A stretch of DNA of 63,536 nucleotides, the filler included, from Pelomyxa schiedti (taxonomy: Eukaryota; Protista; Evosea): the NCBI GenBank assembly GCA_020536535.1. It is 8 parts of 8 records of this genome, joined end to end, with 100 filler letters (N's around TTAATTAATTAA, not from the genome) between each part and the next. Parts side by side here need not be neighbours in the genome. Positions count along the whole stretch, not along the records: positions 60,264 to 63,536 come from JAHLWZ010001777.1; 7 more parts are not named here. The stretch is one strand, 5' to 3'. Both the position numbers and the translations under genes were made by a program. Below, one piece after another: positions 63,047 to 63,536 of this stretch. The notes beneath the pieces were generated by a model. It worked only from the letters and a program-made list of their open reading frames with translations, was not told where the DNA came from and ran no database searches. Each line of letters opens with the position of its first letter. Positions within the stretch are counted from its first letter, which is position 1.

Positions 63047-63490
63047 TAATAAAACGATGAAGGCAAACGAAATGACTAAACTAATTTCTCGAATTGAATT
63101 TGATCCAGTGATTTTTCCCGAGCTTCAAATATGGGTTTGCAGGATTCCCGCGCTTTACTGGAACACTTGTTTGGTGTGTTGTATGTGTATGATTCTCATG
63201 ATTTCCGCGTTAATGTAATTGCAAAGTGCATGCATTGCTGGTATTGCCGAAGCTAATAAAACGATGAAGGCAAACGAAATGAATGAACCAATTGAAAATT
63301 GAAGTGAAAATAAGACTCTCATGTTACGTAGATTTGAATTTGATCCAGTGATTTTACCTGAGCTTCAAATATGGGTTTGTAGTATTCCCCCGCTTTACGA
63401 GAACAAGCGCTTGTTTGGTGTATGATTCTCATGATTTCCATGCTAATGTCATTGCAGAGTGCGTGCATGGCTGGCCAGTGCCGGAAATGA
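63047..63490 (+). repeat. Diverged tandem duplication (~207-235-bp units) of a coding-derived segment
   Basis: Units start taataaaacgatgaaggcaaacgaaatga at 63047 and 63254. Both contain EFDPVI.PELQIWVC.IP and YDSHDF..NVIA.C on the plus strand, broken by frameshifts. Confidence 0.85.
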
Positions 63491-63536
63491 CTGCATCAGT
63501 GCTGAAAATATTTGAATATACGGTTCTGTCCTGGCT

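Overview
This is a gene-dense eukaryotic scaffold from an amoebozoan. It has short GT-AG introns, a Dictyostelium/Acanthamoeba-type myosin II, and Roco and MORN gene expansions. The gene-family content suggests an archamoeba such as Pelomyxa, but that is recall and was not verified. Eight 100-nt assembly gaps are present; seven carry an artificial TTAATTAATTAA six-frame-stop linker. Intron-rich conserved genes are myosin II heavy chain, a double-chromodomain SNF2 (CHD) remodeler apparently running into TPR repeats, two paralogous membrane class III adenylyl cyclases, a Rho/Rac fragment, a Roc-COR-pseudokinase, NUP35, DNA ligase I, a Rab, a ubiquitin-like protein, MAK16 and a RING-H2 protein, plus tRNA-Thr(CGT) in two copies. 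Interspersed are at least 11 intronless members (intact, gap-truncated or frameshifted) and several remnants of one uncharacterised family. The family has a conserved N-terminal 'AR-x-Q-(F/L)-x-AL...RCG-x2-SP(A)R-x-L' motif and a variable, probably beta-rich C-terminal region with an 'E(I/V)WDC' signature. It is the best candidate for an undescribed system, possibly an F-box-like adaptor repertoire. The right end holds a MORN-ADP-ribosyltransferase fusion, a frameshifted MORN gene, a family pseudogene between ~190-bp inverted repeats, and a perfect 31-bp hairpin. Exon structures were inferred by eye, so spliced-gene coordinates are outer spans.
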